In this document: positions 63,345-64,000 of the stretch, one piece after another
How positions within the stretch are numbered: position 1 is the stretch's first letter
Layout: the number at the start of each line of letters is the position of its first letter
Source of the DNA: an uncultured Chthonomonadaceae bacterium
GTDB lineage: Bacteria > Armatimonadota > Chthonomonadetes > Chthonomonadales > Chthonomonadaceae
NCBI GenBank assembly: GCA_963817895.1
Contig: CAWFQB010000002.1
Span: 256,001 to 320,000 of the forward strand
Length of the DNA stretch: 64,000 nt
Direction: 5' to 3'
Program-made: the position numbers and the translations under genes
Notes under the pieces: generated by a model
The model's input: only the letters and a program-made list of their open reading frames with translations
What the model was told of the DNA's origin: nothing
The model's database searches: none

Positions 63345-64000
63345 TTAACAGGATTTCTCAGGATTGACAGGATGAACCGCCAAAATGTTCTTCTGTCTTG
63401 TTTTCCTCTCCTCTTCTCCTCTTCTCCTTTTCTCCTTTTCTCCTTTTCTCTCCTCCCGCAGACACGCATAGCGGTGCTGTTCGCGGTCTATGGAGTTGCT
63501 CTGGTTGTCGAAACTGTGCGGCTTGCGGTAAATGGGATGGTGGGCGCACTCATAGAAAAACTCGAAACGGTCTATGTCAGGTTTGCCTTTGGAAAAGTCG
63601 CGCAAATGCTCCTGCGCCGATTGTAGATGATAACAGACGGCGCGTTGCGTGACGCCTAAACTTGCGGCGATTTGCTGCTGTGTTTCTCCCGCCAGCGTCC
63701 GCAGCAGGCACTCGTACTGGCGGGCGGTCAGGTCAACGGCGGCAATGCGCTGATACAGGCGTCGGCGCAGGGCGGCTTTTCGGGCGGCTTCCCGTTCGCC
63801 TTTCGCTTCGCGCTCTACGGGCAAGTCGTCGCCGTCAACACTGTCTTCGCGGCGAATACGAAGCCGGCGAAAGTGCAGGCGCAGCAGGTTTTCCAGAATG
63901 CCTTTCAGCCACGCCACAAGGTCGCGCTCGCTCCGATAAACGGCGAGGGAGTGACGCGCCTGCACGAAACAGCCGCTCACCAAATCTTGCGCGTCCTCAA
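63345..64000 (-). CDS. ECF sigma-70-like factor (5' end outside the window)
   Basis: Region 2: EDAQDLV...AWL..I. Region 4: LTARQ...GETQQQIAASLGVTQRAV..HL. Confidence 0.7.
   Translation of the reverse strand, partial: EDAQDLVSGCFVQARHSLAVYRSERDLVAWLKGILENLLRLHFRRLRIRREDSVDGDDLPVEREAKGEREAARKAALRRRLYQRIAAVDLTARQYECLLRTLAGETQQQIAASLGVTQRAVCYHLQSAQEHLRDFSKGKPDIDRFEFFYECAHHPIYRKPHSFDNQSNSIDREQHRYACLREERKGEKEKRRRGEEERKTRQKNILAVHPVNPEKSC

Overview
GC-rich bacterial chromosome segment, possibly Armatimonadota (weak inference from protein styles). Many single-base frameshifts in housekeeping genes look like long-read assembly errors. The first ~2.3 kb is the end of a probable integrated element: a replication-initiator-like gene with internal 21-22 bp iteron-like repeats, abutting a comM/yifB gene cut at its Walker B motif. 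Core genes include wecB, recJ, topA, xylB, recQ, hpnJ, a Pnkp and several hydrolases and oxidoreductases. Accessory material includes an HNH-AP2 endonuclease, an intact IS701-like IS, an AT-rich HATPase-STAS-PIN operon, an ABC-ATPase + DUF4276/TOPRIM-like pair, a DUF4365-like pair beside a diverged 91-bp copy of hpnJ, and toxin-antitoxin fragments. The most unusual non-genic signal is more than a dozen two-armed cassettes of 7-9 bp tandem repeats. They share one polarity, mix their arms freely, and several sit inside conserved enzymes. Three REP/REPIN-like palindrome families are also present. No rRNA, tRNA or CRISPR array was seen. Family assignments come from motif recognition, not database searches.
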